Source: Octopus bimaculoides (Eukaryota). Taken from it: a DNA stretch of 34,502 bases. The position numbers were made by a program, and so were the translations under genes. Positions 1 through 10,186 of the stretch are shown piece after piece. Where the stretch lies: positions 54,626,441 through 54,660,942 of the forward strand of contig NC_068983.1 of NCBI RefSeq assembly GCF_001194135.2, given 5' to 3'. Below the pieces are notes generated by a model. That model ran no database searches. It worked only from the letters and a program-made list of their open reading frames with translations, and was not told the origin of the DNA. Within the stretch, counting starts at the first letter, position 1. Each line of letters starts with the position of its first letter.

Positions 1-35
<35 letters not shown>

Positions 36-36
36 C

Positions 37-173
37 ATTTATGAATTAACAAAGCTATCAATGGTTTCATGCGGTTAGGATATCCACAATTATTTAAGGA
101 GTCCACTTAGAAATGCTGATAATCGCCTCCTCTATTTAGGTGCTACCATTGTTTACTTTGTTAATCCACAAAT
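37..173. mobile_element. Foldback MITE-like element
   Basis: Left arm ATTTATGAATTAACAAAGCTATCAATGGTTTCA matches the reverse complement of the right arm (ATTTGTGGATTAACAAAGTAAACAATGGTAGCA). Terminus resembles the 3663-3793 foldback. Confidence 0.6.
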
Positions 174-418
174 AAAGAATTTTTATCCATCAAATGCAAC
201 GTTAAGCATTCATTCCCTCTGTTGGGGCATGGGTGGTCAGCCCTGAGCAACAAACCCAAAAGTTTCAGCAGGGGTCTGCTGTAGGCAATATATGTTTTTT
301 TTATGTGGTCCAGAGACAGCAAACAGAAGGGCAGCACACACTCTAGCTATGCTAGTGATCATGTACATACATGAGCTGATGTATGGTCAGCTTTGACCAT
401 TGGAAGCCTAGTTATTAA

Positions 419-636
419 CTCATTCATCTATCCATCTGTCCATTTTCTTTGCCCACTACTCCTTAGAAGGTTATGGGATTAAAATCTTCAGGTACCCCAA
501 CAATAGTGCCCTATCAGAAGCAACCATCATTACCCTTTTCAGATGTGAGCAGCTGAGTCTATGGATATTACCCAGCCATTTTGTGCTTGGTCTACCCCTA
601 GGTAACTTGCCTGTTGGCTTGGCTTGAGCTTACAAA
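419..636 (-). mobile_element. RTE-clade (Rex3/Expander-like) LINE 3' end, decayed
   Basis: Minus strand reads AKPTGKLPRGRPSTKWLGNIHRLSCSHL, like the RTE ORF C-terminal GRPRxRW motif. It ends in AAAATGGACAGATGGATAGATGAATG, a degenerate (GGAT)n tail. Confidence 0.65.
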
Positions 637-645
637 AATTGGCTT

Positions 646-1212
646 ATTATTGGTTACCAAATTTTTGCACAAGGTCAGCAGTTTTGAAGGAGTGGGTAAG
701 TGGATTACATCAACCCCACTGCTCAAATGATACTTATTTTATTGACCCCGCAAAAGGATAACAAGCAAAGGTGACCACAGCAAATTTGAACTCAGAATGT
801 AAAAACAGACAAAATGCCACTAAGAATTTTGTCTACAATGCTAACAATTCAGCCAGCTCACCACCTTAGCTTCGTTAAATATTGTCTTCAAATTTTGGCA
901 CAAGGCCAGCAATTTCAGAGTAGCGGGTAAGTCAATTACATCAACCCCAGTACTCAACTGGTACTTGTTTTATCGGCCCCGAAAGAATGACAGGCAAAAT
1001 CAACCTCAGTGGAATTTGAAGCTTGGTTTAATATTGGTTTCAAATTTTGACACAAGGCCAGAAGTTTTTGTAAATTGATTACATCAACTTCAGTGCTCAG
1101 ATGGTTCTTATTTTATAGACCCTGAAATGATGAAAAGCAAAGTCAACTTCGGTGAAATTTGAACTCCGAACATAAAGACAGACAAAATATTGCTAAGGAT
1201 TTTCTCCGACAT
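646..1212 (-). mobile_element. Three tandem copies of tRNA-derived SINE family A
   Basis: Units at about 646-869, 879-1020 and 1029-1212 each carry CACAAGG.CAG and TCAACCCC.G, and extend at least to the reverse-complement B box ..AATTTGAA(CTC). Same family as 5615, 11968, 23506 and 25089. Confidence 0.85.
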
Positions 1213-2179
1213 NNNNNNNNNNNNNNNNNNNNNNNNNNNNNNNNNNNNNNNNNNNNNNNNNNNNNNNNNNNNNNNNNNNNNNNNNNNNNNNNNNNNNNNN
1301 NNNNNNNNNNNNNNNNNNNNNNNNNNNNNNNNNNNNNNNNNNNNNNNNNNNNNNNNNNNNNNNNNNNNNNNNNNNNNNNNNNNNNNNNNNNNNNNNNNNN
1401 NNNNNNNNNNNNNNNNNNNNNNNNNNNNNNNNNNNNNNNNNNNNNNNNNNNNNNNNNNNNNNNNNNNNNNNNNNNNNNNNNNNNNNNNNNNNNNNNNNNN
1501 NNNNNNNNNNNNNNNNNNNNNNNNNNNNNNNNNNNNNNNNNNNNNNNNNNNNNNNNNNNNNNNNNNNNNNNNNNNNNNNNNNNNNNNNNNNNNNNNNNNN
1601 NNNNNNNNNNNNNNNNNNNNNNNNNNNNNNNNNNNNNNNNNNNNNNNNNNNNNNNNNNNNNNNNNNNNNNNNNNNNNNNNNNNNNNNNNNNNNNNNNNNN
1701 NNNNNNNNNNNNNNNNNNNNNNNNNNNNNNNNNNNNNNNNNNNNNNNNNNNNNNNNNNNNNNNNNNNNNNNNNNNNNNNNNNNNNNNNNNNNNNNNNNNN
1801 NNNNNNNNNNNNNNNNNNNNNNNNNNNNNNNNNNNNNNNNNNNNNNNNNNNNNNNNNNNNNNNNNNNNNNNNNNNNNNNNNNNNNNNNNNNNNNNNNNNN
1901 NNNNNNNNNNNNNNNNNNNNNNNNNNNNNNNNNNNNNNNNNNNNNNNNNNNNNNNNNNNNNNNNNNNNNNNNNNNNNNNNNNNNNNNNNNNNNNNNNNNN
2001 NNNNNNNNNNNNNNNNNNNNNNNNNNNNNNNNNNNNNNNNNNNNNNNNNNNNNNNNNNNNNNNNNNNNNNNNNNNNNNNNNNNNNNNNNNNNNNNNNNNN
2101 NNNNNNNNNNNNNNNNNNNNNNNNNNNNNNNNNNNNNNNNNNNNNNNNNNNNNNNNNNNNNNNNNNNNNNNNNNNNNNN
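1213..2179. other. Assembly gap (first of 11)
   Basis: N run. Others at about 6211-6898, 10014-10023, 11070-11527, 12494-13017, 14658-14781, 15946-16522, 17193-17901, 21122-21613, 32138-32182 and 32785-32794. Confidence 0.98.
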
Positions 2180-2197
2180 ATGATGATGATGAGGATG

Positions 2198-2229
<32 letters not shown>

Positions 2230-2400
2230 GATGATGATGATGAGAATGATGATGATGAGGATGATGATGATGATGATGATAGTGATGATGATGATGATGA
2301 TGATGATTACCACCACCACCACCACTCTCCTTTTCTTCCTCCTCCTCATCGTCTTCATTATTCCCACTCGCACCCCCACCACCGTCATCACCACTACTGG
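2180..2400. repeat. (GAT)n microsatellite followed by CAC/CTC low-complexity tract
   Basis: Seen directly; explains the poly-D/M/H/I ORF artefacts. Confidence 0.95.
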
Positions 2401-2850
2401 CTGAAAATAATGATGTTTCTGCCAATCAGCAAACTATAAACACACACAAAAAAAAAAACAATGTGGCCGCCCACTTTTGCATCTTCTAGAAGAGCAGCCA
2501 AACGAAATCTCCCTTGCTGTGACAAACTCACACATTCAAAGGGTCAAAAAAAGGGAAGAAGATGCTGTACACAATTAGTCTTGGATATATAAAAACCTTG
2601 GGATAGTCTATATAATATATATAGAGAGAGAAAGTGAGAGAGAATTGGTGCCTAAACATCAAAGAAAAATGCACAGTAATTAAGAATCTAGTTAATAACA
2701 GGTCATTAAATGCTGACAAGTAATGGCATGGCAACCAGTCCAGGTGGGACTGACTTGTATTTATTTATGCAATTAGCTAGAATGATCTTTAAAAGAAATA
2801 TATATTTAGTAGAAAAGCAGAAAAGCCTAAACTTCACATATAGTTCATGC

Positions 2851-3480
2851 TTTAGTTATGCTCAACAGCTGTTTCATTAAGATAAACACCACCAAATGTA
2901 TACTTAAATAATTATGATGCATTTTTAGTTTATGTAAATTAACTTAAATCTATTCTGTTGTGTCTGGGGAGAGTCATTTTCTTATTGTGCCATAAAATTT
3001 AACACACTCACCGGTAAAATTTCCACTTATTTTTCTTTTTAATTTCCTAAAATTTTACTGGTGAGTGTATTAAATTTTAAGGCACAATAAGAAAATGACT
3101 CTCCCCAGACACAACAGAATATGCTTCAACACACGAAATTACATAAAAGATCTTGCAAACCAAATCCAAAAACGGAACTTAAATCTAATTAAATAAAAAA
3201 AAAGCGTTCACTATCGTCATCAGGAATGTTGTGGAATGTCAGGTGGAAAACCATTTCTATTTTGAAACAAAGAGAAGTCCAAAGACAGCAACAAGAAGAA
3301 CATAGCATAGACAGTATCAATTGTGTGATTAACATAACCCAACAATCCTGGTGATTTAAGTAAAAGCTGTTTTTATATTAATTTAATTTAATTTAAATTT
3401 AAATAATTATGAATCACTATTATGTAATTACAAATTTTGTGGTGCCTTTCTAACTGAAACAGCTGTTGAGCACGATTAAA
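2851..3480. mobile_element. Older foldback element with about 85-bp imperfect terminal inverted repeats
   Basis: 2851 TTTAGTTATGCTCAACAGCTGTTTCATTAAGATAAACACCACCAAATG aligns with the reverse complement of 3480 backwards, TTTAATCGTGCTCAACAGCTGTTTCAGTTAGAAAGGCACCACAAAATT. Similarity continues to about 2935/3395. Confidence 0.7.
2951..3121. mobile_element. Young palindromic MITE with TA ends, nested in 2851-3480
   Basis: Arms of about 72 bp (TATTCTGTTGTGTCTGGGGAGAGTCATTTTCTTATTGTGCC...) differ at about 3 positions. TA at both ends is typical of Tc1/mariner-type MITEs. Confidence 0.85.
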
Positions 3481-3600
3481 TTATGAACCATATATGAAAT
3501 TTATACATTTCTATTTTCACTATTTTCATGCTAAATAGTCTATACATAAAGACTTGGATAGTATGTATATATACACATATATGTATATATATACTACATA

Positions 3601-3657
3601 TAGTCCAACCCATGCCAGCATGGACAATAGACATTAAATGATGATGATGATGATGAT
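3601..3657 (+). mobile_element. Extreme 3' tail of RTE-associated family C
   Basis: GTCCAACCCATGCCAGCATGGACAATAGACATTAAA(TGA)n matches the tails at 8160-8223, 27545-27715 and 31743-31817. Confidence 0.8.
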
Positions 3658-3662
3658 ATATA

Positions 3663-3793
3663 TATTTGTGAATAAAGGCTACCATTGGTTTCATGTTAAG
3701 GAAAGTAAGAAAATATCCTAATGTCTTAACAATGTTTCCTACTTTTCCTACTTTTCTTAACATGGAAGCAATGGTACCCTTAATTCACAAATA
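3663..3793. mobile_element. Palindromic MITE
   Basis: TATTTGTGAATAAAGGCTACCATTGGTTTCATGTTAAGGAAAGTAAGAAAA matches the reverse complement of the right arm (TATTTGTGAATTAAGGGTACCATTGCTTCCATGTTAAGAAAAGTAGGAAAA). TA termini. Confidence 0.8.
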
Positions 3794-3902
3794 CAGAAAT
3801 GCAATGCAGTGTTGAGCTTTCATTTTCATCATTCAGCATTTATGTATATATATACTAAATGAAAAAAAAAACAAAGAACAAACACAAAAGAAACAACAAT
3901 GC

Positions 3903-3970
3903 GAAGACTTGGTACTTGTAAAGTATTAGCAGACACTCAGGGAAGGAAAGAAAGGTGGTTTTACATTTCA
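3903..3970 (-). repeat. Truncated copy of the hammerhead-bearing repeat at 32599-32760
   Basis: GTAAAGTATTAGCAGACACTCAGGGAAGGAAAGAAAGGTGGTTTTACATTTC vs 32615 GTAAAGTATTAGCAGATGCTCAGGGAGGGAAAGAAAGGTGGTTTCATGTTTC. Confidence 0.85.
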
Positions 3971-4121
3971 TTTTTTTTTGTGTTTGTTCTTCGTTTTTTT
4001 TTGGATTTACTATTTACCACATGCTCACACAGACCCCTGGCCTTCCGACTGACTTTGGAGTACGCAATTCACGGAATTCTTTCTGCCATCAGATTACATT
4101 ACCTTGTTCATTCGGAGTAAA

Positions 4122-4535
4122 AGGATTGACATGGCTGTGTAATAAGAAGTTTACTTCTCAATCACATGGATCTGGGTTCAGTCCTATGGCATAGCACCTG
4201 GGGCAAATACCTTGTACTATAGCCCTAGGCTTTCCAAATCCTTGTGAATGGATTTGGTAGAAGGAAACTTAAAGAAGCCTATTGTATGTGTGTGTGTGTG
4301 TGTGTTGCATGTTAATGTTTTGTGTTTGTCCCCCTCTATAACTTGACAACCCGTGTTGGTTTGTTTACATCTTCATAACTTAGAAGTTCAGCATAAAAGA
4401 CTGATAGAATATGAGGTTTTAAAAGCATATTAAGTCCAAGGGTCAATTTGCTTGACTAAAACCCTTCAAGGAAGTGTTCCAGCATGGCTGCAGTCTAATG
4501 ACTGAAACAAGTAAAAGATGCATAAAGGATAAAAG
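4122..4535 (+). mobile_element. tRNA-derived SINE family B, full length
   Basis: Head TGGCTGTGT..GGGTTCAGTCC (A/B-box like), CORE-like CC.TGGGCAA motif, internal (TG)n, and tail GTGTTCCAGCATGGCTGCAGTC..GACTGAAACAAGTAAAAGA. Confidence 0.85.
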
Positions 4536-4813
4536 AGAGTCTATATAAACAGGCTGACCTCATTACTGTAGAAATTGTCAAAGTCTGCAGACATCTAAAC
4601 CTGGTCATTCTATTTATAGGTGTATTTTTCTAAATGTGGTTTGAAGAAATAACAACAGAACTTATTAATTCAATTCCTTTTATCTCCTGGTTGTCATCAC
4701 TTGAATTTGCAATAATACTTCCAAGAAAGCAAAACACTGCCATCACTTTGACAGTTAGATTATCAGATATAATAGGATTATCTTGATCCCATATTCTTTA
4801 AGTGTTCCTATAG

Positions 4814-4876
4814 TGCAGCCTAAAAGCCTTCAAGTTGTTGGCGATTGTCTGTTCACCAGATTATATTCAGGGCAAG
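4814..4876 (+). CDS. Candidate internal exon, (V)QPKSLQVVGDCLFTRLYSGQ, GC donor
   Basis: Acceptor TTCCTATAG, open 63-nt frame, donor AAG|GCAAGT. Ends in phase 1, compatible with 5522. Unique, non-repeat sequence. No homology established. Confidence 0.35.
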
Positions 4877-4900
4877 GCAAGTCAGCTTGATGGAAGCCAT

Positions 4901-4940
4901 CACTATTTAAGCCACACCAACAAGTGTGGCTTAAATAGTG
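4901..4940. repeat. Perfect 17-bp inverted repeat
   Basis: CACTATTTAAGCCACAC-caacaa-GTGTGGCTTAAATAGTG. Confidence 0.95.
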
Positions 4941-5056
4941 TTGTTGTTGTTGTTGTTATTGTTGCTGTTGTTTCTTTCCTGTGGTTGGAAATGTTCCAGC
5001 TCTGAATATCCCACTCTTTTTAGACATCAAATATTACATTCTGCAACTTCCTTCAT

Positions 5057-5284
5057 TTAACTCTTTAGTATTCAGATTACCCTATCAAAAGTCTTGCTTA
5101 TTTATTCACATTGTTTTGAATTGATTATGCATTATCTCAAAGCTTCAAGATTTTGATGATGTAATTGTTTATTTTTACAATGACATTTTATGGTAAGTGT
5201 GAAAAGCCAGATCTGGTCAGTTTGAATGTAAAACAGGTAGAATATTTCAGCCAGATATTGTCAGTTTAAATATTAAAGGATTAA
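5057..5284 (-). mobile_element. piggyBac-like MITE (TTAA ends)
   Basis: TTAACTCTTTAGTATTC ... AATATTAAAGGATTAA; reverse-complement homolog of 19812-20008. Confidence 0.7.
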
Positions 5285-5449
5285 AACAGTACACGTAATT
5301 TGGGAGAGATCTAGCTGTTATTTTTAACAATTTAGAGTGACCTGTAGAAGCTCTCTCATTATAGGAATTAATCTGCAAGTTATTCAAACACTTGTATATT
5401 TTACAGTGTTGCCACTGTTTATGGTGGACAATTAATTTACTCTTTTACT

Positions 5450-5498
5450 CTTTCACTTGTTTCAGTTATTTGATTGCGGCCATGCTGGAGCACCGCCT
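5450..5498 (-). mobile_element. SINE family B 3' tail fragment
   Basis: Reverse complement is AGGCGGTGCTCCAGCATGGCCGCAATCAAATAACTGAAACAAGTGAA. Confidence 0.8.
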
Positions 5499-5521
5499 AT
5501 ACATGGTAACAATTCTGTCAG

Positions 5522-5571
5522 CTCACCAGCTTACTCAAAGAATTGGAATTTTTAAGAATTTTCTAGACAGG
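5522..5571 (+). CDS. Candidate internal exon, (A)HQLTQRIGIFKNFLDR
   Basis: Acceptor TTCTGTCAG, phase matches the 4814-4876 candidate. The donor AGG|GTAGAC is weak. Confidence 0.2.
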
Positions 5572-5614
5572 GTAGACTTCAATGATTACTTTCTTTTAGT
5601 AAAAGTAATATGCT

Positions 5615-5836
5615 TTCGTTTCAAATTTTAGCACGAGGCCAGCAATCTGGGGGAGGGGATTATACTTATTACATTGAACCCAGTGCTCAACTGGTACTTA
5701 CTTCATCAACTGCAAAAGGATGAAAAGCAAAATCAACCCCAACAGTATTTGAACTCAAAATGTTAAGACAAATGAAATGCTGCTAAGCATTTTATCCAGC
5801 ATGTATTTAATGATTCTGCCAGTCCGCCACCTTAAT
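5615..5836 (-). mobile_element. SINE family A
   Basis: CAAATTTTAGCACGAGGCCAGC...TATTTGAACTC...CTGCCAGTCCGCCACC; same family as 646-1212. Confidence 0.85.
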
Positions 5837-6898
5837 AACGGAATTGGTATTAAACATTACAAACGCTAATTCAAGACAGAAAATTGAAGCAGGACCAATG
5901 ATGTAATTTGAACTCTGTTTCCATTGGTACCATCAACGTTTATAGTATCTAATATAATTTCACAATATAATTAATTACAAAATGAAGAAACTACATTTAA
6001 AGTATGCACTGATGCAAACAATTCTCTGTTATCTTAATACGATGGTATTTTGTTTGCCTCAAAAAAAAAAAAAAAGGTATTAGATGTATTTAATAAGATT
6101 TTCAAAACATGAAAAAATATAATAATAAAACAAAAACAAAGAGACAAACAGGACTACAAAGTAATTAATTTTATAGTGTAAAGAAAGAACAACATTTAAT
6201 ATCAAAAGGCNNNNNNNNNNNNNNNNNNNNNNNNNNNNNNNNNNNNNNNNNNNNNNNNNNNNNNNNNNNNNNNNNNNNNNNNNNNNNNNNNNNNNNNNNN
6301 NNNNNNNNNNNNNNNNNNNNNNNNNNNNNNNNNNNNNNNNNNNNNNNNNNNNNNNNNNNNNNNNNNNNNNNNNNNNNNNNNNNNNNNNNNNNNNNNNNNN
6401 NNNNNNNNNNNNNNNNNNNNNNNNNNNNNNNNNNNNNNNNNNNNNNNNNNNNNNNNNNNNNNNNNNNNNNNNNNNNNNNNNNNNNNNNNNNNNNNNNNNN
6501 NNNNNNNNNNNNNNNNNNNNNNNNNNNNNNNNNNNNNNNNNNNNNNNNNNNNNNNNNNNNNNNNNNNNNNNNNNNNNNNNNNNNNNNNNNNNNNNNNNNN
6601 NNNNNNNNNNNNNNNNNNNNNNNNNNNNNNNNNNNNNNNNNNNNNNNNNNNNNNNNNNNNNNNNNNNNNNNNNNNNNNNNNNNNNNNNNNNNNNNNNNNN
6701 NNNNNNNNNNNNNNNNNNNNNNNNNNNNNNNNNNNNNNNNNNNNNNNNNNNNNNNNNNNNNNNNNNNNNNNNNNNNNNNNNNNNNNNNNNNNNNNNNNNN
6801 NNNNNNNNNNNNNNNNNNNNNNNNNNNNNNNNNNNNNNNNNNNNNNNNNNNNNNNNNNNNNNNNNNNNNNNNNNNNNNNNNNNNNNNNNNNNNNNNNN

Positions 6899-7240
6899 GT
6901 GTGCATGTGTGGATGTATGTGTCCAAGTATGTATGTGTCTGTGTGTGTATGTATGTATGTATGTATGTATGTATGTATGTGCATGTGTGTATGCATGTGT
7001 GTAAGTATGTATGTATGTGTGTAGGCATGTATGAATGCATGTATGCATGAATTAAGGTATGTAGACATGTATGCATACATATGCATATATTTACGCATGT
7101 AAGCATGCATGCATGTATTTATGCATGTATGTATGTATGCATGTATATATATATGTAAGCATGTATGTATATATGTATGTATGTATGTATGTAAGTATGT
7201 ATGCATGTATGCATGTATGTATGTATGTATGTATGTATGT
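6899..7240. repeat. (TATG/TGCA)n compound microsatellite
   Basis: Seen directly. Similar compound tracts at about 10850-11570, 14540-15340, 16980-17192 and 33230-33850. Confidence 0.95.
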
Positions 7241-7620
7241 TGCTTTGCTTCTAAACCTAAAGCTGCTCTAATGTCACAGTAGGTATATATACATATACAC
7301 ACACAAGATGCTTGATTAAGCTATTTGATCATATTTCTGCTTGTGTGTGTGTGATCATGCATGCGCGCATGTGTGTACATGTATGCATGTGTACGCGCAA
7401 GCGTGCATATATCCATGAATGTGTATTTATACACAGATACATGTTTTGTCACCAAGCGGAGGAAAGTTTCTGTCGGCCTGGCTTGACACCATTTATTTGG
7501 TGCTTGCATCATTTGGAAAATATGCTCCAGTCACCATTCTGTCTCTGTGGGTTGACAAAAGTGTGCTTAAGGACCTTTCATCAAAATTTCAATACAGAAC
7601 ACGAAGAATCAGAATACAAA

Positions 7621-7656
7621 ACACAGCCACTCCTATGGGCATAGGAGTGGCTGTGT
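7621..7656. repeat. Perfect 17-bp inverted repeat made of the SINE-B 5' head
   Basis: ACACAGCCACTCCTATG-gg-CATAGGAGTGGCTGTGT. The right arm matches the SINE-B head (compare 34363 ATAGGTGCAGGTGTGGCTGTGTGG). Confidence 0.85.
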
Positions 7657-7950
7657 GTATGGGAGCCAGTATTACAACAGCTTGGGTTTCAATGAACCAC
7701 AACTGTTTAACATCCTGCCTAGGAACCTAAGAGATCTGCAAGGTGTAGAGGTGAAAACATTCAAAAAGCACCTAGACAAAGTTCTGTTTAAAATCCCAGA
7801 TGAGTTCACATCATGGCAGGAGGCACAAAGAAGAGCAGCTCCATCAACTCACTTTTCCACCAAAAGTAATATTGAAAAGAGACCAAAGCACTGAAAGACA
7901 GTGCTCCAGCATGGCCTCAGCCTCTGACTGACACTAGGGAATTATAAAAG
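7657..7950 (+). mobile_element. CR1-clade LINE 3' end (ORF2 C-terminus plus 3' UTR)
   Basis: NSLGFNEPQLFNILPRNLRDLQGVEVKTFKKHLDKVLFKIPDE resembles the CR1/L2 ORF2 C-terminus (P.LFN.LP..LR......FK..LD..L..IPD.P). Followed by the GTGCTCCAGCATGGCC tail. Confidence 0.75.
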
Positions 7951-7952
7951 AT

Positions 7953-8219
7953 TGGCTCCCGTGCTGGTAGTATCTAAAAAGTACTATCTGAACGTGATCG
8001 ATGCCAGGCCTGCCTCACTGGCTCCTGTTCTGGTGGCACGTAAAAAGCACCCACTACATTCTCAGAGTGGTTGGCATTAGGAAGGGCATCCAGCTGTAGA
8101 AACATTGCCAGATTAGATTGGAGCCTGGTGCTGCTGCTGGCTTACCAGTCTTCAGTCAAACCATCCAACCCATGCCAACATGGAAAGCAGACGTTAAACA
8201 ACGATGATGATGATGAAGA

Positions 8220-8223
<4 letters not shown>
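7953..8223 (+). mobile_element. Family C (RTE 3' UTR-like repeat) with (GAT)n tail
   Basis: GGTGGCACGTAAAAAGCACCCACTAC..GGTTGGCATTAGGAAGGGCATCCAGCTGTAGAAA..CATGGAAAGCAGACGTTAAA. Confidence 0.85.
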
Positions 8224-8264
<41 letters not shown>

Positions 8265-8266
8265 CA

Positions 8267-9568
8267 CAGGGTGTGATGGTTAAATTGTTGATATTATATA
8301 TTTTTAATTTTAAACATGCACATTGTTTTTGATTTTGTCAACTACACAGTATAGCAGGGTCAGTTGGGCATCGTCTGTGAGAAAAACAGCACCATGATGT
8401 AATTCACTCTGCCAGAAATTTGGAAACAATATGCTGTACTGCTTGGCATTCGTGCCAGAAGCTCCAATATGAACATTTCAGAGCGTTTGGATGCCAAACT
8501 CAGGACAGTGCAGAGGATTCAGAAAGAACTGGATGAGTCTAATGGGGATTACAAAGGTACGGCAGCTCAGAAAATTCATTCTGATCATTCTGATAAGAAA
8601 AGAACTCCTGAATTTGTTGGTGAGATCCAGGCCATAATAGACAATGATCCCTCCATGTCAAATGAGGTCTATCACCAGTGACATTGGAGAGTCTCAGTTT
8701 CTTATCAAGCAGGGAGTGCATGAAGACATTCGGTATTCCTCATACAAGATGAGGAAGGGTCAATTGTTATCTGAAGCCATCAATGACAAGAGGAAAAACC
8801 ATGCTATGAAGCTGTTGAACAAACTCAAACATCCCCTCCAACTGAACATGCTTTGTTTTTTTTTCAGATGAGAAAATTTTCTGCCAGGATCAAATAGTGA
8901 ACACTCAGAACAACCATTAACTTGCCGTGTCTCTGAAAGATGTACTGAGAGTGGTAAAAATCAAGCATCCAGTCAACATCATGGTTTTTGGAGTGATCAC
9001 TAGTGATGGTGATATTGTGCCTCCAGTCATCTTCTCATATGGCCTCAGACTCAATACGGAGGCTTACATCAAGTGCCTGGAGGAGGTAGTGCTGCCCTGG
9101 GTCAAGAGGGTGGCTACTGGAAGACCCCATCTCTGGCAACAGGACTCTGTACCATGCCACACAAGTAGGAAAACACAGCCATGGCTCTCAGACAATTTCT
9201 GCGACCACGTCACCCCTAAAATCTGGCCACCTAACTCCACAGACTGCAACCCCCTTGATTACTATGTGTGGGGTGCAGTTGAGTGAGAGACCAACAAAAT
9301 TCCTTGAAACCCCAAAGATGAACTGAAGGCAACGATTATAGCAGCATTCACCGACTTAAACAAGGAGACTGTCCATAATAGTCACAGGAGATTTTGAAGT
9401 CGTCTGGAGGCCGTGGTTGAAGCAAAATACGATTCTATTGACTAAACTTACACTTTAGTATTTCAAGATATTTTTATGTAATTTTGGTAAATATATTTAT
9501 TAAAATGAGATGTAAGTGTTATTTTCATTTTCGCGTAATTTAGACGACAGTTTATTCACTGCTCCCTG
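8267..9568 (+). mobile_element. Full-length decayed Tc1/mariner DD37D (maT) transposon
   Basis: About 1.3 kb with imperfect TIRs CAGGGTGTGATGGTTAAATTGTTG / CGACAGTTTATTCACTGCTCCCTG and TA after the right end. Transposase motifs lie inside. Confidence 0.9.
8394..9445 (+). pseudogene. DD37D transposase pseudogene
   Basis: FSDEKIF (D1, 8864), WQQDS (D2) and WPPNSTDCNPLDYYVWG (D3), with 37 residues counted between D2 and D3. Several in-frame stops and frameshifts. Confidence 0.9.
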
Positions 9569-9745
9569 TATATACATATGCATGTATGTATGTATTTATG
9601 AACAATTATAAATATTCTATGAGTGGATGGGACAATATTGCATAAGTATTGATTTTACAACTGCTAATAAAATATATTTACATATATGTATATGGTACCA
9701 TTTATGTCCACACACACACATATAAACACATATATATATATATAT

Positions 9746-10144
9746 ACTAGCAGAGGCACCCGGCGTTGCTCGGGAATGAAATTGTTGCTTATATACTTGA
9801 AGAAAAAAAGGCAAGATATGCTGTATAGAAATTTGCGGACATTCTGTAGATGGACTCTCAGATGAATGATGGCTGGGCGTCTCTCATGAATGGGGAAAAT
9901 TGAAGATGTGCCAAAAAGCCTCATTGGTACTTGGAAACTTTTACGAAAATTAAAATGGGGATTAAATGAAAGAAATGATTTACGTGAATATCCTCACAAG
10001 AGTAATTGAAATANNNNNNNNNNGTTTGTATACATTTATGTATGTGTGTGTTTGTAAGAGACAGAGTGTGAGCGAGTGAGGGTGTGTGTGTGTGCGTGTG
10101 TATGTGTGTGAGACAGAGTGAGAGAGCGGTGTGTATGTAGTATT

Positions 10145-10186
<42 letters not shown>

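Noticed and set aside
3203-3226. CTGATGA on the minus strand (CCTGATGACGATAGTGAACGC)
   Set aside because: No stem II, GAAC instead of GAAA, and no stem I partner. At best an unrecognisable remnant.
3456-3472. GAAACAGCTGT, like the stem III of the 13449 hammerhead
   Set aside because: No CTGAnGA upstream; it is part of the TIR of the 2851-3480 foldback.
4033-4116. CpG-containing unique stretch with AG/GT ends (PLAFRLTLEYAIHGILSAIRLHYL or TPGLPTDFGVRNSRN)
   Set aside because: Two open plus frames and one minus frame are equally plausible, and the phase does not link to the 4814 candidate. It cannot be called, though it is worth an RNA-seq look.
7419-7730. 103-aa plus-strand ORF
   Set aside because: It starts in a microsatellite and runs through a SINE-head palindrome into CR1 in the wrong frame; no splice or homology support.
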